Below, piece by piece: positions 1-13,974 of a stretch of 64,000 nt of DNA. Position numbers and translations under genes: made by a program. Origin of the DNA: Ophelia neglecta (taxonomy: Eukaryota); contig OZ260664.1 in assembly GCA_965285935.1 (NCBI GenBank), positions 85,994,001 to 86,058,000 of the forward strand, given 5' to 3'. A model generated the notes under the pieces. It was not told the origin of the DNA. It searched no databases and worked only from the letters and a program-made list of their open reading frames with translations. Position 1 is the first letter of the stretch; the number at the start of each line of letters is the position of its first letter.

Positions 1-3000
1 AGACCAGGTGACCTAATAAGCAACTGTCAAAGTCCCGTTGTTTAAAATTAAATGCATGATTGGCTCTGCGCTATTAGAAAAATTAAGCCGCTGTCTTGAG
101 CTTATATTGTTGTTGCATTTGTATTTAAACGATGGATTCAAGATGGACTCAAGAAATACTCGTAGTCCTATTTAACATTTCTTTAATTCCGGATAATACT
201 TGAACCGATGAAACATAGTGGATCCTTTGTGCAACTTGGCAGCTTAGGTGGTTTTTTTGGCGAATCTGAGTTGAACGTATGAAGCCAAGAGCAGGCACAT
301 GGATATGGAGACAAGTGCCACTTCATTTTTCCATAAATCCCAACTGGACCCGTAGTCGATTTCCTGATGGCGTAAGTATTCATTTCCTGCGTGAGCATTG
401 GGTTTGCTATAGAATAAATTATGATCAACGTAAATAAATTACTGATAGTATATTTAACCTAATAGTGAAACGTAACGTGGGTGGTGAAATCAACTTGATG
501 CAAGTTATATCAGAGAGGATGAACCCTGAATCAAATAATGTGTGGTCAATAATCCTTCACAAAACTATAAACTGTATTTAAAACTACATGGATAATAGTA
601 TATACAGCAAGTATATCGTAATGTCAACGATTTTCCTTAGCATAAACGTTTATGTATTACAACTTATCATTTTATGCACTGGTAATTTTCATCGGAGTTG
701 GAACCTGACTAATCACTGTTTTCTTACCATGAACATTTGACGCTTTTAATAGAAGTTTGATTCATATTGAGAGGCTACACTTACTTGCTGAGTAAACAAT
801 CATTTGACTAAAACCTGCCTGAAAGACCATCTATATTCAGACGGCTTGTGAATTCAACCATTAATACGAAAATTATCTTCCACCCTTTCAATGTTATATA
901 ATCTGTCGAAACAAACAACCTCCATAATCAGCAATTTGCAGTCCATCCGTTGCTTCCAAGTTTCAATTTATAATTTATAATAAGCATGTGTCCCCATGTA
1001 CACTTACCAATACGATGTTCCGTTTGTATAGTTACAAAACGCCAAGTTTTCCATTTCATTGATCAGGAGAGCCTGCAGAAAATGTGTTCATGTTATTACT
1101 TAAAAAGGTAAGGTATTCTGTATATATTCCCATAAACTATAACTTGTTACGGAGAACAGTATCACCATCTGTACGTAAATCATGTAATTTTTTTTTACTT
1201 TTTACGGCATGAATTGAACCCAATACACGGATGTTAGGTGGTAAAACACGGTAATTTTCAAAAAAGGGAGTAAATAGCGTACTTATTAATTAGTAATAGT
1301 TTATTCAGAAGGTCATTTAGTTCTATTTCGCAATTGTTCCCATAAGAAAACATTATGGTATACGCGATTACACATGGGAATGTGAAGATAAATATATCTG
1401 AGAGGGTTGTCCTATTGTAGCCTTTCATATATTTTCAAACTTACGTTAATGCTGTATCTGAAAATACTGATATATGACACCAATCGAATCCACCATCCTA
1501 CTGAAGACAGTTTGACGAGTGTTCCACCAAATACCTGAATGTGGACGGATATTCTATATATTTGGCTAAGGCACTCTACAGTTTATCATTACATTATGTT
1601 TTCTATTACCAACTTATAACCTTTAACAAATCCATCGAAACTTATAAATGACTGAAAGAGGATATGGAGGAAGAATTACTCAAGGATATGATATAAATCT
1701 GCAAGCAAAGACACATATAGAGCTTCAAGCCGCGTGTAGCGCTGTTTTAGAGCTAAATATATCCCTAATAGTAACGATATGAATGCAAACTGATTGCCAC
1801 CGGGATCATATCTGTACTAATAACGTAATTCGTGTGTTCCAAAAGCCTGAACCGGATCGGGACCCAAATTAGGGTAATTATAACATTGTGATTCTCGCGC
1901 CACAGCCGTATGCTGGTCTTTAATCAGGTTTCTCCAAACACTTTGTTTTAAAATGCATTTAATTATTAAGATAGTTAAAACCATAAAGCCAATATATAGC
2001 ATATTGACGTATAAAATTTGGTTTCAATACTTGGCAAACCATGGCATGACCCCGTCTTGACCATTTCATACTGTGCTTGCCTCTCTTGCCCCACAACGCA
2101 CTCACCATCATAAAAACGAATATCAGTGCCACCAGCAGATCGGCAATCTCAAACCGTTTGATTCTAGCGCTCACACAGAAACTAACCGACGAGGCTCCAA
2201 GAGTAGTCAAGAAAATGGTGAGAAAGTACACGAAGAACTTAGCTGCGTTCATTCGGAAACCTATGAATATTCAATTGCCACTTGTATTAAAAGCATGAAC
2301 GAACAGTTATAACAGATACTCAATTTATGTTGTTTGGTGTTTGGCGTAAACAACGCCAAGATATAGATTAAAAAAATTTACCTATCATGAAGTATGAGAT
2401 TAAAGAAAACAGTAAAGTTGGCTGCAGTCGCATCGGTATAATGTCGCATACAACTTTGGAAACGAAATATGCAAAACATCCATAAAAGCCAGCCGATTGT
2501 TCATGCCTAAATAATAAAAAAGTTGAACAAATTAATGAATGACTTGATTGAAAATTATGTGTTTGACTGACAAGAGTATTCACAGAAGTGATTACACATT
2601 ACAAAGTAAATCCAGGGAATCATACTTAAAGACAACTCGTTCCCGAATAAACACTCCTACCGCTGACAAGTTTTGAAAAGTCTCAGTCATAACGATGAAG
2701 AAGACGGCTCCAGCCCTTTAATAAAAATACTATCTAGTTAAAATAAACAACCTAACGTAATTATGAAGTATTTGGTCGAACGCAGGCATTTTGTGTCGGC
2801 TTTATGGCCACGATTGTTGTGAAAGTAGTCTTTTCCGGTAGCATTGATATCTCACCTATTTGGAATTCCATGTATTATGGTGTCGTCCAATTGAAAGTAA
2901 ATTCCCCCTGACAGCAGGGCAAACACAATAACAACACATAACTGAAAGTAATTCAATATACCACGTGAGAGCACCAATAAAACAGCCAGGGAGAATAATG

Positions 3001-4139
3001 ATGTATTAACAGGTAAAATAAAGAAAGTATAAAGGTTTTGGTTAGTAAGCTTTCTGACCTCATAACAATAAATACTGACCAATTTACTTAAAACCTTTGA
3101 GATGGCAAATAGCAGGAGCTAATATCACGGGTATGGTCCAGTAGGTAGTAAAAAGACTATATTAGAAAATAAAGTTGGAATCAGTAGCGAGATATTTCGA
3201 TCAGTCATCACAATTTGCTGATAGAGAACATTAAAAAACATAATATCTGTTGATCAATATCTTCTCAACTGCGGATTCCTTTTGTGTTAGGTCCAAAATA
3301 ATGGAAGATTCCTAATTATTGATTGCCGTGGTCTGCAGAAATAAATGTAGATCTTAAACTTGTAAAAACAAGTTCATACCTACTTTTTTGTATTTGCAAT
3401 ACACTGCAATAACCTATATCAAATAGATAATGGGTATCCCATAAATCGGTGCATTGGTCATGTGTCAGTTTTAAATACCAAGTAGCCAGGGGTAGAATGT
3501 TCATCTGTATAAAGGTTCTGCTTACCACAATAAGAAGTTAATTAATAGTGTGTACACACCTGTGTAATGTATGCTGAACGATTTCGGAAGATATTCTGTA
3601 AAATTCGCTTGGAAATATATTTGACCTAGAATGAGAAACGAAAGTCTATGGAAGGTGCCATGTGATAAGATTAAAAACACAATATAACACCATGAATTGT
3701 TATGGTACCAAATTTAAACGTTTTACACACAAGAAGTTATATTCCAACTGAAACATAGTGGGCCAATTTGAGTCCACACACCTGCGTGCCGAATGATTCT
3801 TTTTTCTGCCTTTTTCTGAGAACTTTCTCTTTCGATATTATTTCAGAGTTCTCAAAAATGCGATCCAACTGGTCTTTTTGCCTGTAGTACAATAAGAACG
3901 TTGATCTTTAACCTGTCTTCACTTTTAACTTCACTCGCTGAAAATTATATTTTCAGTTTACTATGTTCCCAGTCTCCCATGACTCTAGTCTATTCTGTCA
4001 GTTACACCTACCCCAGTTTTACAACAAACGTTTATAGAGCGCCCCAGCCTTGATATTCTAGTCCTTGAGAGTTCCGGTCAAGTATTTATTGTTTACTGCA
4101 TCCCTCGGTCTCACCCTACTAGTACGTATAGTCGCCGGA

Positions 4140-4388
4140 ATGATTTTTATACGAAAGGCCTGTTTCGGTCTTAACTCGTATCTCAGATTAAAATTGGATT
4201 TAAGTATTTATGATGTATTTACTTTCAAAGCAGGCTTTCTGGAAGCAGGATTTGGTCTTAAACCTAGCTATGCTAGTCTTAAACTTAGGCTTGGTCAATG
4301 GAAACACCGCTTAACGCCATCTCAGCTAATCGGTAATAGGCTAATATAATCCGCATACTTAAAACCACTTCAAGAAACTGGGCCCTGG
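4140..4388. mobile_element. Inverted, diverged copy of the 11746-11984 MITE-like element in an ABCG-A intron
   Basis: 4290-4350 (CTCAGCTAATCGGTAATAGGCT) is the near reverse complement of 11790-11812 (AGCCTGTTACCGATTAACTGAG). It ends with AAACTGGGCCCTGG. Confidence 0.6.
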
Positions 4389-7300
4389 AGTTTTGAGTAA
4401 GGTCGCGCAGTAGTCCCATACTACTGGTTAACAAGCACTGAGCTAGTTCATACCAAAATTGACATAATGGTTGTCTTGCCTGTAATACATTTGTGAGTTC
4501 TTGAAAGTTTCCTCCAGGGTGTCGGCAGTGTTGGCACGTTCGATTTCGCATGACCTTTCCAACTGCTTGTAGGCAGATATCGCCGGTATTTCCAGATTTA
4601 CTGCAGATGATGGTGAAGTTGGATAGGCTTCAGACTGACCTGATGGCAATATCAAATTCAAGAGTTTCAGGATATAATAATGGCACTTCTCAAGACGATC
4701 GTTCAAAACAACATCGGCTTGTCTTTCATTTTATGTTTCCCTTAAGACATGGGTTGCAAGATATAAAACAAGGATTACAGCATACATACCGGCAAATAAA
4801 TATAATTAAGCCGAAGCTATTATGCCATTTGATGTTGTAAATAATAGTGTTGCCCGATCCAACATTCTATATTATTCCTGAATTTATTTGATTAAAACGG
4901 ATCATTGACCATGCTTTAAATGCTTACCTCCGTTGTTACTATATTGTACTATTATGTCATGATGTAATTCTATTTATTAAATGTTAAACAATTGGATGCA
5001 ATATTCAACATTTATGGCTATATGACAAAGAAATGAAGATATTATTTAACTTTCGTTAGTAGTCTCCGTAACCATTTACTCATATCGCTTATCATAAACC
5101 AAAAAAAAATGTTGGTCTTCTTCTTACCCGCCCCGATTGCAGTCGCATTTGGCTTGTTAATGATGTCAAGATAAAAATCTGCCGGGTTGTCATGTTCCTC
5201 ACATTCATATCCTTTAAAAAAGAAACCAATACAATTCAAGATATATGCAATTTGGCCTTAACATTAACTTTATATACCTGCCCAAATTTAGTGCTTTGTA
5301 ATCATGGCAAAGTTAAGGCCGACCCTGTAACACTACTCCAGAAAACAGATAATTTCAAAGAGGGACATGATATAAAAACTGGGCATAAGGGTTCGGGATA
5401 ACCCATGAATATTTGCCCTTCTTTTGAAATTTCTCCTATCTTTTACAATTGAATTTTTTTGTTTAATGACCACTGGCGACTACACTAACTGTTGCGAGGG
5501 AGTATACCCACTGGTATGGGGGGGGGGGGGTCTACCCATATGTTGCATAGTTGGCTAAATCCCTACTTATGCATTGTCTTAGTATGAACAAAAACTATTC
5601 TTAGTCAAAGTAATCACATATCATGACACAAAAAGACACCAGTACGTAGCATGCACGCCTTCCGTAAAATAAAGGAATGTCTATGAATGTCTATATAATG
5701 TCTATATAATTAAACGTAATCATTAACTGAAAAAAATAGGCCAGGTAACGCATATTGTTTTTTCTTGGTTGAAAGTGGTAAACATGCCAAATTCATAATA
5801 TGTTTTGTAAATAAACAATAAGAAATATTAAGTCATATTTACCATTATCTTTGAAGTATGCTATGCTTTCATCTGCAGGCCCATGATATGTTAACTTTCC
5901 CATAGACAACAGTGTGATTTGATCAAATAATTTGAAGATGGAATAACGTGGTTGGTGGATAGAGAGAATGATCGTATGTCCAGCATTCGCTAGTCTGAAA
6001 TGAAAAATTGAAATATACCTTAAATAGGATAGATGCATATTTATATACAGGCTTAAAACTCGGACAGCCAAAAGAAACGATTTGTTCGTGGATGATGTGG
6101 CGGAATAAGCTAGAATAATTTTTTTTAGTAACAATTAGCCTGGAAGATGGTGGTACGGCACCTTTACAGTGTATGACTATAAAGAGCAAAGTTGCAACAT
6201 CCCTACGTCTTAAGTGTGTTAAGCAGATCGATGGCTGTGCTAGCATCCAGGCCCGTGGTAGGTTCGTCAAGAAATATCACTTTCGGAGAAATCACGAGCT
6301 CCATGCCGATGTTCGTTCGCTTCCTCTCTCCCCCAGACACTCCGCGAACGTCAATAGAACCCACCTGACGTGATATAAAATTGTTCATAACGCTTATGAA
6401 GCTAATACGAAAAGAAACTACATATATACATGTATATATACATATAAACTACATATAAATATATTGTTTTTTATTCAGTTGGCGAAGAATACAACATTAG
6501 GATTTAATATAAATCACTTTTCAGTCCACACCTAGGGCTACTGATTAGACTTGAAGGTGCGGAACAAGTAATATTTTTTGTTGGGAACTATGAAGCCTAC
6601 AACTGTCCATAGTGCAAGAACTTGGTTTCGGGTTCATTTTATTTTTACGGAAGTGGGTAAGGCTTGTTCAGGTATACTGCTGTGTCCAAATCTTATATAT
6701 ATTACTTCCACTATACTTCCAGCAACTCCGCCTTTCGTTAGAGTCCTAACTAAGCCAAACCCTAAGACTATAAGCTTGCATAATATTGATTATATACATC
6801 ATATATATGCATTATAATTTGTATATATGCAGTGGTATTAGTGAAGAGTAGTGCTTGGCCTGAGTATATCTAAAGAGCATATTAATAATATCATCATATT
6901 AGTAAACCCCGATTATATTGATACATCAACGGTTTTCGGTTTTAATGATTCTTACTTTACCTTGGTGTCTTTGCAATTTCTTAATCCCAGGTCATGAAGA
7001 GTTTTTTTCACCAGTTCGTTTTTCTTTGGTTTTGATATATCTGGTCCTAGTCGTAGATTTGCAGAAAATGCTAAGTTTTCCTTCACCGTCAAGGTTTCAT
7101 AAAGGAAATCATCCTAAAAACGAGAAGTTTGGATGCCACAGATGCACATTAGTTTCTTTGCATTGCGTTATTTGCCTTAGTAATGCTTTTAAACCAAACA
7201 TATCTGTCGATTCTCATATCTAATTGAAGGTGAATTTCTCACCTGCACAACATATCCAATGCGACGTCGAAAATAATCTGCACGAGGTTTTCCATCAACC

Positions 7301-7422
7301 AATATTGTGCCCTTCTGTCCACTTGGGTGCTTTCGACCCGCAATAATGTCAAGTAGCCTGTTAAATTTAATAAAAGTCGATGAAAAAACTTGTTTACAAA
7401 AATCCTAAATGGCCAATGAAAC

Positions 7423-7425
<3 letters not shown>

Positions 7426-7476
<51 letters not shown>

Positions 7477-7478
7477 TA
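7426..7478. repeat. (TA)n microsatellite in an ABCG-A intron
   Basis: TATATA run of about 40 nt with an imperfect extension. Confidence 0.95.
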
Positions 7479-9129
7479 ATACTTCCCTTAACAATTTGCA
7501 GTTATCAAGAGTAGGATTTTGAGGGCCCTGGAGGCATATCCTGTTTAATTTTGGGAGCATAAGGGAAGGTACATAATCCTTATGCTCTGGCTTTAACCTT
7601 GAATAAGCTAAATTGTTATTTTTTATTAATTTACTCAATAGCTTATTGTCATAACTTACGACGTCTTTCCGCATCCCGTTGGCCCCAGAATCGCATTCAA
7701 ACCACATGGAAACCTGCAGCTACAAATCAGATGGAAAAGAAGAAAATTAGAATGCAATGGGATTTGAATCCATCAAGAGTAGTATTCGACGCCAGGACAA
7801 GTGGAAAAAACCGCATGAAAACCCAAAAACCCGTACGTGTTTTTAAAGCAATAGAATTTCATTTGTTTTCAATTTCAGTGTTTCATCGCCACAAACATAG
7901 TTATTATAATACAAACTGTCTATATCAGTTAGGGTTTGACAACATGTGCTTTATTTGCACTCATTAGTTTAGACAAAATAAAGGAAATATTAATATTATT
8001 TCCTCCCTCTATGTTCAGCGACGTTTAAATTTCATTTCCGCTGGATAATAAGCATTACAATGCACAGTTCCAATCGTTTACCCAGCCCCGTGCATGTTTT
8101 GTTTCAAACAACAAGTACTTTGTCAGGTCGATAACAGACTTATTCTTTGCTTGAGTCTAAGGTTACACGCCGCATCTACATATTTTATCATCCAATGTTA
8201 ATGCTAAACATCCTTAGGGTTAACCGCCCGTTAAAAAAATAAGGGCAAATACAAACCAATGTTTTGGTAGGAAATCGGTGTAAATGATGATGGATTGGGT
8301 ATGCATTTCCATACCATTAAGTTCAATATACCCATCACTCAATAATATTTTCACGTGCACCCTATGTATCAAATACCTCTGAATATTGTAAGTGCCTACC
8401 TGATATTTTCCAATATCATTTTCCTCGATTTATTCTTGCCAATTTCATATGACACGTCATGTAATGTAACTTCAGCCCCTATCGCCTCCGTGTCTTTGTG
8501 CGAAGGTGTAGCAGTCTGTATCGTCTCGGAGTATTTTTCCTGAAACAATGCCGTCTCTTCATGTGGGACCTCTTCTCCGGGAGTAGCCCCATCAAAGTGC
8601 GTCTCCGTGACTCCACGCTACATTCATCTCCTGGCAAAGCCTTAGTGTCTTCTTGTGAAGTTACTTCAGTCTCTTCGTCTACTGTCACAGGAACTTCAGC
8701 CTCGTTCGTCTCTATGGTTTGTCCCGTGGTAACTTCGATGCTTTTCGTCTCCAAGTCTTGCCCCGGAGAAAGTGCAAAGCCTTTAGTCTCCATATTGTGT
8801 CCTTTTATAACTTTTACATCAACAGTCTACGTGTCTTGGCTCACTGGCAATTCGTCGAGCGATGATGCATCGAGGCTAACAACTAGTTTATTTCAATAAC
8901 CAGCGTGACAGGGTGTCACACAAAAACTTCCCTTGGCTTGGTATGTATTATACCAGGACAAACATAGAGGTTATGCGAGGGTAGAGCCCAAAGTTTAAAA
9001 TGGCCGTAGCTTAACGACTTTTTACCAGGACGGCCATAGACTAGCCCACAATATGAACGAGCTTCTGAGATGCCATCACATGTTAAAACAATAATGTACA
9101 ATACAATTTAGAGTGGAGTAACACGATTT

Positions 9130-10420
9130 CAGACAAATACACCCTGGTCTTATACTTCAAAATTCAAATAGACTCCACTGTCTTCAAATCTGCAGGGAGA
9201 TTATTCCAAAGCCGACATCCCTGGTACGAAATGTGATCTGACCAGTTTTACCCCTACACCTAGGAAGTACCAAATCAATTAAACTACTGCTTGCTACATA
9301 TAGGTGCCTCTGTCTTAACTTATTGAAAACAGTTGATGGGTTAAGAGGGACAATATCATTCAAACACTTAAACAAGAACCAATGTGAGATGATTCACTCT
9401 GCTGTTAATTTTTAGCCAAGACCTGTGCACCATCAAGCTGGGAACCAGGCGATTGGTCCAAACCAAAACTAATAGCCTTGTTCTGATGTCTAGTGCGTAC
9501 ATATTGAGTCAATCCATAATACCAAAATTTACATTCATAATCAATGAATAGTTGCGTAAGAAAAGAACACAAAAGTTTTCTAATGACTTGATTAAGAAAA
9601 GGCTTTTTTTCCAAACAAAACTATCTGCAAGTTCTTTACAACTTGCATATCCATGAGCTCTGTCTTTAGGTTACAATCAAGAAGTCCTCCCAGATAGTTT
9701 GGAGTTGTCTGAAATTTTATGTATACACCATTCCAAATAATGTTGAAACTGACCGTTTTACCTAATTTTCTTTTCCTTACAAAATATATGCATACCGAGA
9801 TGCAGTGACAATTTGTTTTTAACTAGCCGACTGCTAATCAAATTCAATTCTGACGTTCAAGTGGCTTCAGTTTCAGCTATATCCTTCACCACCAGGGCAG
9901 AGTCCTCAGCAAACAATACAATAAACCAATTACCTGATGATACCATATCATTCACGTACACCAAGAAACGACTAGAATAGAGCTTCCAGGTACCCCAAAC
10001 TATTTTACCCCTGATCTAGTGCCAGATACATCAACACACAGTTTGACAACACAAGTAAGTACGAAATCACTGTTTACAATGGTCCTCTGCTCCAATCGCC
10101 GTTGATTTACTAATCCTTACGTTGTGTTTGACTGCTTCAAAGGCCTTTGGAGGTTCCCATCGAAGTTCCCATTTTGATTCCATGTTTGTAAATTTATGTT
10201 TTGCCGTATTTAGTAATACGTAAGTCAATGTTATTCCACATTATATCATATGTTATTGCTAGACTGTTTCTCGTACTCAAAACATGGCTTATGTTATTGC
10301 AATGGCACGTGGAACATGGGTTTTTCAGACTGGACTTAAATGCAGACATGCATAGTTGACTCTGCCCGAGGATCGCTGAAAATACGTCTATTGTGTCAAT
10401 ATTGGCCACATAATAAAATT
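9130..10420 (-). mobile_element. Degenerate non-LTR (LINE, CR1/L2-group-like) reverse transcriptase fragment
   Basis: Broken minus-strand frames give GVPGSSIL...FLVYVNDM (about 9945-9996; cf. GVPQGSILGPLLFLIYVND), LFAEDSAL (about 9893-9916; cf. YADD) and RKLLCSFLTQLFIDY, typical of the post-RT region. Many stops and frameshifts. Confidence 0.75.
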
Positions 10421-11745
10421 GGTCTGTCTTCAAAAGTAGCAATGACCCGCAATTTAGAAAGTGACATGTAAATAAGGTCGAATTGCAGATACACACGTCT
10501 TCTCGGACACTCGGTAAAAGGAGAGCGAGTGAGAGGCGAGCTAAAACTAGAACACTTTAAGGTGATGGTGTGGCGTCGGTATAGATTCATGGGGTGTACG
10601 CTCAGCCTGAGGCTAAGTCTAGGTTTTTACGACATATTTGCCTGCACCAGGACAGCAGTGCCCTACTGTGCCAAGCGACGTATAGGAGCCCTTATCAGCC
10701 AGCATCCAGCGTAACATGTCATTTGCTTGCGCATTCGACCGGCTTGAGAGAAACTAATCGTATTGGAATGTTAACTATTTTTCTTTACTGATTAGAAACG
10801 AAAGTTGCTGTGAAACCAAAGGAGAAAAAGGCAAAACCCGGTAGTGGACACCAGGTAAGTGAAATTTGTTTCGCATATCCCAATAACTGTAAAAAGAATC
10901 ATAGTACCACATCATACAATTTTGTTGCATTTTAATAGTTGCAAGACAACAACCATGGAATGTTGCTATCTTCCGGGCGGGTGGGAGGTTGGGTGGGGGT
11001 GGTGTAGAAGAAGAGAAGAGAGGGGAGGATAAGGGAGATAAACCCGATACAGTTTACAGCGCTTCTTTCATGCGTTAAATCATTGGATTGCCCCCAGTAA
11101 GATAATTTAAATTGAAGGATTAGCTCTTCCCTAAGACAGTTAAAATGTTATAATGGTTATTGAGTCACCATTTCCGAGTAAATGAGTTTTCCGGCAGAGT
11201 CAAATATTTAAAAACACAGACACTATTGTGTCTACTGAGTGCTGATTTCACATGCAACTAGGAAAGATACAGGCCTGTGTTGTTGAAATTATTGAGAGAC
11301 TGGCTTCCTATTCACTTGAAATAAGGAAAAAGGGAGGTATGAATATACTTGTAAAGTAGAATTATTTGGCTTCCAAGTTATAGTAACTGGCGTTCCCGTC
11401 AATTTGAATTTGAAATATTTGTACAGAAGAACAACACACGTATCTTGATTTGGTCTGTGTGAAGCAGTGTCTTCATCTACATCACGACTCATTCATGTTC
11501 ATGAAAAATACCCGAAAATGTTTTGCTTTTAATTTGGAAAGTAAAAACATCATACCAATGTAAACAATGGACTATAAATAAACATGAACAGTTGAAGTGG
11601 GCGGATTCCAATGGTTTAGACTAGGCGGATGTAAACATATGCTATGCTCTAGGTCGAAGTTAAGTAATCTATGTCAGTCCGCATTATTTATTCTTTGTGT
11701 TCGATTTTTGTATTAGCTGAATCATGAAGGAGAATATCCAAATAA

Positions 11746-11984
11746 CTGGGCCCGATTTCTAGAAGCCATCTTGCGTTTAACGATTTAATAAGCCTGTTAC
11801 CGATTAACTGAGACCGCTTTTTTCGTGTTTTCATTAACCAGGAAAGTTAAGAACAAAATGGCTAAGGTCAAGACCAAATTCACGTCCCAAAAATCCCGAT
11901 TAGCAAGTTAAGAATAATTTAGAACTTGAATCCTGATTTTAGTCCGAGTTAACAAGTAAGACACTTTCTTGAGACTGGGCCCTG
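11746..11984. mobile_element. MITE-like element (GGGCCC-type inverted ends)
   Basis: Ends CTGGGCCCGATTTCTAGAAG ... CTTGAGACTGGGCCCTGG are imperfect inverted repeats. The interior matches 4140-4388 in reverse complement. Confidence 0.65.
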
Positions 11985-12899
11985 GTTTCTATTGTAATTT
12001 AATTTTAATTTAACTTAACAACACACTCAATATGATCCTAGACATTTTTTGCCGATTTCGTTTTGCCTGTGGAGTATGTGCCCCCTTGTTATTTCCTATA
12101 TGTAGGTTGGGATGGTCGCGAATAATGAGCAATTATAAGCGAAAAGAAAACACTTTGCTTATTAGCGAATAATTTGTTAACATGCTGACAGACAACTCCG
12201 ACCATTTAGCGAAATGCGCACAAAATACAACCTATCAAAACAAGTTAAATGTAGATGTGTATAAACATGCTGATTTTAATTTGTTTATATCTAATCTTAG
12301 TAAACAACGTAGTTCGTTTTGGTTTAGACAACCACATGCTGATACTCTTCGATTAATAGACATGCGTTATCTTGAATGCTTAATAAAATATGTGAATTTA
12401 CCTTAACAGTGTACAAATCAGAATAATTCGAAGCTAAATTTCACTGCCTCAAAGCATGAGCTTAGCCGCCCCCCCCCCCTCCCATAAGACCTCCAAAACA
12501 CCCCAGGTCACTACGACTTGGCCCACACACTTGACCCCATTTACAACACTAGAGCGTGCGCTCACTAATAAACCAGTCTATTATTCTCAAGTTCAACCAG
12601 GGCTAAGGGAATGGCTTCTGCTTGTTCTGGATTGAAGCAACACTATGAATTGTGACATCTATGAACATTTTTACTATGTGGGTTTGAAAAAAGGAACGGA
12701 CCATTTCGAGAATTAGGCTCCCAATTTCAGACTTCCCCCCAACAAAAGCGAAAACAAATAAACTGGCGTGCGCCCCTTAAATTAAATGTCGGAAGTGAAA
12801 ACTACAAGCTATAAGTAAAAAGTCAAATGCACAGTTAAACTGTTCCAATGGATTGCTGAGAAAATATAAGGCAAACAATACAAGTCCAACAAGTGAGAC

Positions 12900-13270
12900 A
12901 ACACATATCAGGGTCTCTCGATTTGATTGTTACCAGAGCGAAATAAGTGGCAATTTTCACAAGAGCTTATCTGCTGTAAGCAGAGTATGTACTTAAGGGT
13001 ACCATACCCCAATGGTTTTAAATATCGGTTAAAACAGACCTCCAGCAAGCTGATTGTACCCGATAAAGCACAGCTGGTGGTGGATAACATAACTCCTTAC
13101 TTGTGTAGTGATAGACGACCATCTACCAAACAGGCCAAAGTTGCAAATCTAGTAAAGCAGTCAGTTAAGAAACGTGCCGTTTGAACGATGAGATCTCATT
13201 TTGAAGAAGATGCTGGCATGGATGAAGTTCAGTCCAGGCCATTGGAATGTTAACTGCTGAAATCCTTTCC
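12900..13270 (-). mobile_element. Short degenerate LINE RT N-terminal fragment
   Basis: Minus strand reads ...GLD...FLTDCF...TISLLEV...HLFRSG, resembling the SPGPDG / RPISLL / QxGFR motif series. Heavily decayed. Confidence 0.4.
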
Positions 13271-13974
13271 TTAATAAGAAAAATGTTTACATGTTACACG
13301 CAGCATACTGACCGATCGTTTGAGCTCAACTCTTTACGTAGGGTAAATGCCCGGCGCCTTGCGGGTGGTTCTGCATGACTCACGGGCGATTGGTCTTTAT
13401 TTTCCGGAGGTACCAATAGTTGAGTTCCCCCAGTTATAAACATGCCTGGTGTTTCAACCCTTCATAAATTAAGTAAAGTGAGTATTTGTTTCTGTTTCTA
13501 GACATTTGGTACCATACTGCTAATTAAAAAAAGGGCAGACTGACAGCGACATAGACTAGATTAAAGGACTTGGGGGACCAGCCAATAAACTTTACTGATT
13601 CGAAGAAAATATTAAAAATACCCATACTCCCTTAGAGCATGGATGGCACTTTGGCTTTTTTTTTTGGGGGGGGGGGGTATTTGGATGGTGGGGCATAGTA
13701 ATTGTCATTTCTTAATTCATTGTGTAACATGTAAGCAGAATTGTAAGAACCATTATATAATTTCCTGTTGAGATAAATATGCTGATTTGCTTTCTAGTCC
13801 ATTTCTCTTACCAGTTAAATAAGGCAAAGTTTGTCTGTGGTAACAAGGCTACATGACATATGCGTTTTTTTCCATCTTTTCGAGTTCCGCTTCCAACTGT
13901 TTAATCATAATGATCCAACTTGTTTACGTCAGATGGTGTACCCTTTGTGAGCAAAAGGGCCTGAACCCACGACC

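Larger units (their letters stand above)
244..8793 (-). pseudogene. ABCG2: ABCG2-like half ABC transporter, copy A; intact from the NBD onward, but with a frameshift in the first coding exon (probable recent pseudogene or null allele)
   Basis: Minus-strand exons: 8400-8793 (acceptor at 8875), 7660-7719 (Walker A GPTGCGKTS), 7243-7357 (Q-loop GYVVQ), 6961-7113, 6207-6364 (signature VSGGERKR, Walker B FLDEPTTGLD), 5843-5994 (H-loop SIHQPRY), 5128-5211 (NPADF), possible 4928-4969, 4480-4639, 3782-3881, 3560-3625, 2856-2941, 2626-2715, 2382-2506 (DIIPMR), 2106-2260, 1445-1534, 1008-1072, 244-406 (ends KKTT-stop). Splice phases are consistent throughout. The ATG-8793 frame stops at 8479, while the NBD-entering frame (GAEVTLHDVSY) is closed upstream by TAG at 8618-8620. 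Family assignment is firm; pseudogene status is less certain. Confidence 0.8.
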
